Positions 51,073-53,617 of a stretch of 53,617 bases of DNA are shown one piece after another (within the stretch, counting starts at the first letter, position 1; each line of letters opens with the position of its first letter). Below the pieces are notes generated by a model. That model did not search any database, was not told where the DNA came from, and was given only the letters and a program-made list of their open reading frames with translations. The position numbers were made by a program, and so were the translations under genes. The stretch lies in the NCBI RefSeq assembly GCF_001194135.2, contig NC_069000.1, positions 43,707,008 to 43,760,624 of the forward strand, in the 5' to 3' direction. The DNA is from Octopus bimaculoides (lineage: Eukaryota).

Positions 51073-51387
51073 CACACACACATGTATCTATTTATATATA
51101 TATGTGTGCATGCATGTATGTATGTATGTATGTATGTATTTATGCATGTATGTGTGTGTGTATGTATCCACCCGTATTGTATGTACTTTATATATACACA
51201 CACGCAAATATCTCTTCACACATTTCCGAACTTCCGCTAAAAGTTAAGCGGCTCATCTTATCACTGAGAGTTGCTTGTTCCAGAGGAGAAGGTGAATTCG
51301 CCTCTCAACATTATCTAATCAGATAAAGCAGGTGTTGCTTCCGGTTCGGTATCGATTACACCCGATGTAGCTGTGTCTGGCGTTATC

Positions 51388-51388
<1 letters not shown>

Positions 51389-51430
<42 letters not shown>

Positions 51431-51749
51431 GCGGTGGTGGTGGTGGTGGTGGTGGTGGTGGTGGTGATGATGATGAAGATGAAGAGGATGATGGTGAGGA
51501 GGAGGGTAATGGTGGTGATGATGAAGGTGTGGAGAAAGATGAAATTGGTGTTGGTAGCTGTGGCTTTGGTTATGGTTGTGNNNNNNNNNNNNNNNNNNNN
51601 NNNNNNNNNNNNNNNNNNNNNNNNNNNNNNNNNNNNNNNNNNNNNNNNNNNNNGGTTGACCTTGTAGAGGGGAGGAAGATGAAGAAAACGGTGACAATTA
51701 TAACGGTGATGATGATGATGATGATAATGACGACGACGACGACGACGAC

Positions 51750-51792
<43 letters not shown>

Positions 51793-51830
51793 TTGCCAGT
51801 GACCCTCACGGCCACCACCACGATGGTTAT
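51389..51830. repeat. Compound GAT/GGT/GAC repeats
   Basis: Direct inspection. Confidence 0.9.
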
Positions 51831-52139
51831 AATTACGAGTTCGTTGTCCTATTTGCTGCTAATTAATCGCTCCTCCAGCACACACACATACGCGCCCGTC
51901 ATCGATTTCTAATCAAAACTTAATTAGTCCATAATCATTTAGTTCCATATCAAAAATCTTAGCCATTATAACATTTTATAGTTACTCTTGCGTTTATGAT
52001 TTTTTTTGTTTTGTAGCGGTTAAAAGTTATTCTATACATTTCGTATAATTAACCTTCATCGATTTATAAATATTTCTTGTCATAATAAACACATCAGCAG
52101 TTTGCACTCTTATCCTTTCTATTAATTATATCAAAGTCT

Positions 52140-52318
52140 TTCTCCTGAGCAACATTTCGTCCGTCTTTACGTTCCCAGGATCTGCCTGGATCGACTTTGC
52201 CTGTCATCCTTTCAAGGTCGATGAAATATGTACCAGTGAGACACTGGAGTCGATGTAATCGACTAATCCCCTCCCACAAAATTTCAGGCCTTGTGCCTTT
52301 AATAGAAAGGATTATTAT
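52140..52318 (+). mobile_element. SINE family M, 3' part with (ATT)n tail
   Basis: GACTTTGCCTGTCATCCTTTC...AATTTCAGGCCTTGTGCCTTTAATAGAAAGGATTATT. Confidence 0.8.
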
Positions 52319-52345
52319 TATTATTATTACTATTTTTATTATTTC

Positions 52346-52400
<55 letters not shown>

Positions 52401-52418
52401 ATTATTATTATTATTATT

Positions 52419-52490
52419 GAGTGAGAGAGCAGTGCATGCCAGCAAAGTGACACGGAGGTAAAATATACGAAGCTCAATATGCCCATCATG
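52419..52490 (-). mobile_element. 72-bp repeat terminus embedded in (TAA)n on both sides
   Basis: Homologous to 3805-3870, with the same end point. Confidence 0.75.
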
Positions 52491-52713
<223 letters not shown>

Positions 52714-52719
52714 ACCAAC

Positions 52720-53105
52720 AAGGCGCGGCAAGTAAGCCAAACCGTTCGCACGCCTGACAAAATACTTTACGGCATCCCTTCCAGCTTTACGTTCCGAGTT
52801 CAAATTCCGCCGAGGTCGATTTTGCCTTCCATCCTCTCTGAGTCGATAAAATAATGTAATGGATGTGTACTGCGGTCGATGTTATCGATTTATTCGTTCA
52901 CCAAAACATGAGGAGTCTTGTACCTATCGTAGAAAGAATCAATAATTATATAAACGCTATTTAAAATCTGTAGTTGGCAGAATCGTCGTTAGCCCCGTCC
53001 GACTGAGTACGTAACGGTAATTCTAATGTTTCTTTAGGATTTGAGTTCAAATCTCGCTGTGAACGACTTTCACTTTTATCCTTTCGGAGTTGATAAAATA
53101 AGGCT
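52720..53105 (+). mobile_element. Two diverged SINE family M copies (52720-52945, 52970-53105)
   Basis: GAGTTCAAATTCCGCCGAGGTCGATTTTGCCTTCCATCC and TTGAGTTCAAATCTCGC...ATCCTTTCGGAGTTGATAAAA. Confidence 0.75.
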
Positions 53106-53617
53106 CTAAATATGTGTCAAAATCGATAATTTCGCCTGAACTCCTCGCTGTTAAAATGGCTGACTTTGCGTGAAATTTTGAAACAGATCCTATTGCTTTG
53201 ATTGTCGATGTTGTTGCTGCTTTGCTTTTTACGAACCAAAAACCCTGACCAGGTAAACACAAAAAGTTGTGTGTATGTGTGTGTGTGTGTGTGCTTGTGT
53301 ATTTCGGTATGTATATAGAAAATGTATATATATTTCCTCGTAATAAAATATATTGAAATATAATGTCATCAGTTTGTGAAAACACACGCATATGCATACA
53401 AGCAAACATATGTACGTATCAAGACACACACACACACATACATGCATGCATATGAACAAACACATATACTAACATATAATCCATACATACGTATGACTGT
53501 CTGTGTATTCAAGCCTATATAGTTCAGTATATAAATATATACACTTCTACGAAAATGTATTGAAAAATGAATTTACTACTTTGTGAATATATTCATACAT
53601 ATATATATATATATATA

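Overview
Repeat-saturated animal genomic DNA, most likely coleoid cephalopod (Octopus-like; inferred from repeat families and composition, not proven). About 8.5 kb (~16%) is N, in 23 gaps, almost all flanked by microsatellites. No long genuine ORF is present; nearly all supplied ORFs are microsatellite or N artefacts. Supported content: one well-formed + strand internal coding exon of an unidentified gene (31477-31598), so most of the window is probably intron; a full-length dead mariner with TIRs and TA duplications (8526-9778); fragments of RTE, CR1/L2-group and R4/Dong-like LINEs; many copies of several tRNA-derived SINE families, two of them full length with TSDs. Best leads: (i) two same-orientation repeats 729 bp apart, each carrying a minimal type-I hammerhead-ribozyme-like motif with a palindromic stem III (Penelope/retrozyme-like), plus further half motifs; (ii) a candidate 3-nt microexon with a UGC motif (34394-34396); (iii) elements that appear to target (TAA)n microsatellites; (iv) an RTE/SINE-tail junction; (v) a pre-miRNA-sized hairpin at 50906-50955. 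Repeat boundaries were set by eye and are approximate unless TSDs/TIRs are given. No CRISPR, rRNA or true tRNA gene was seen.
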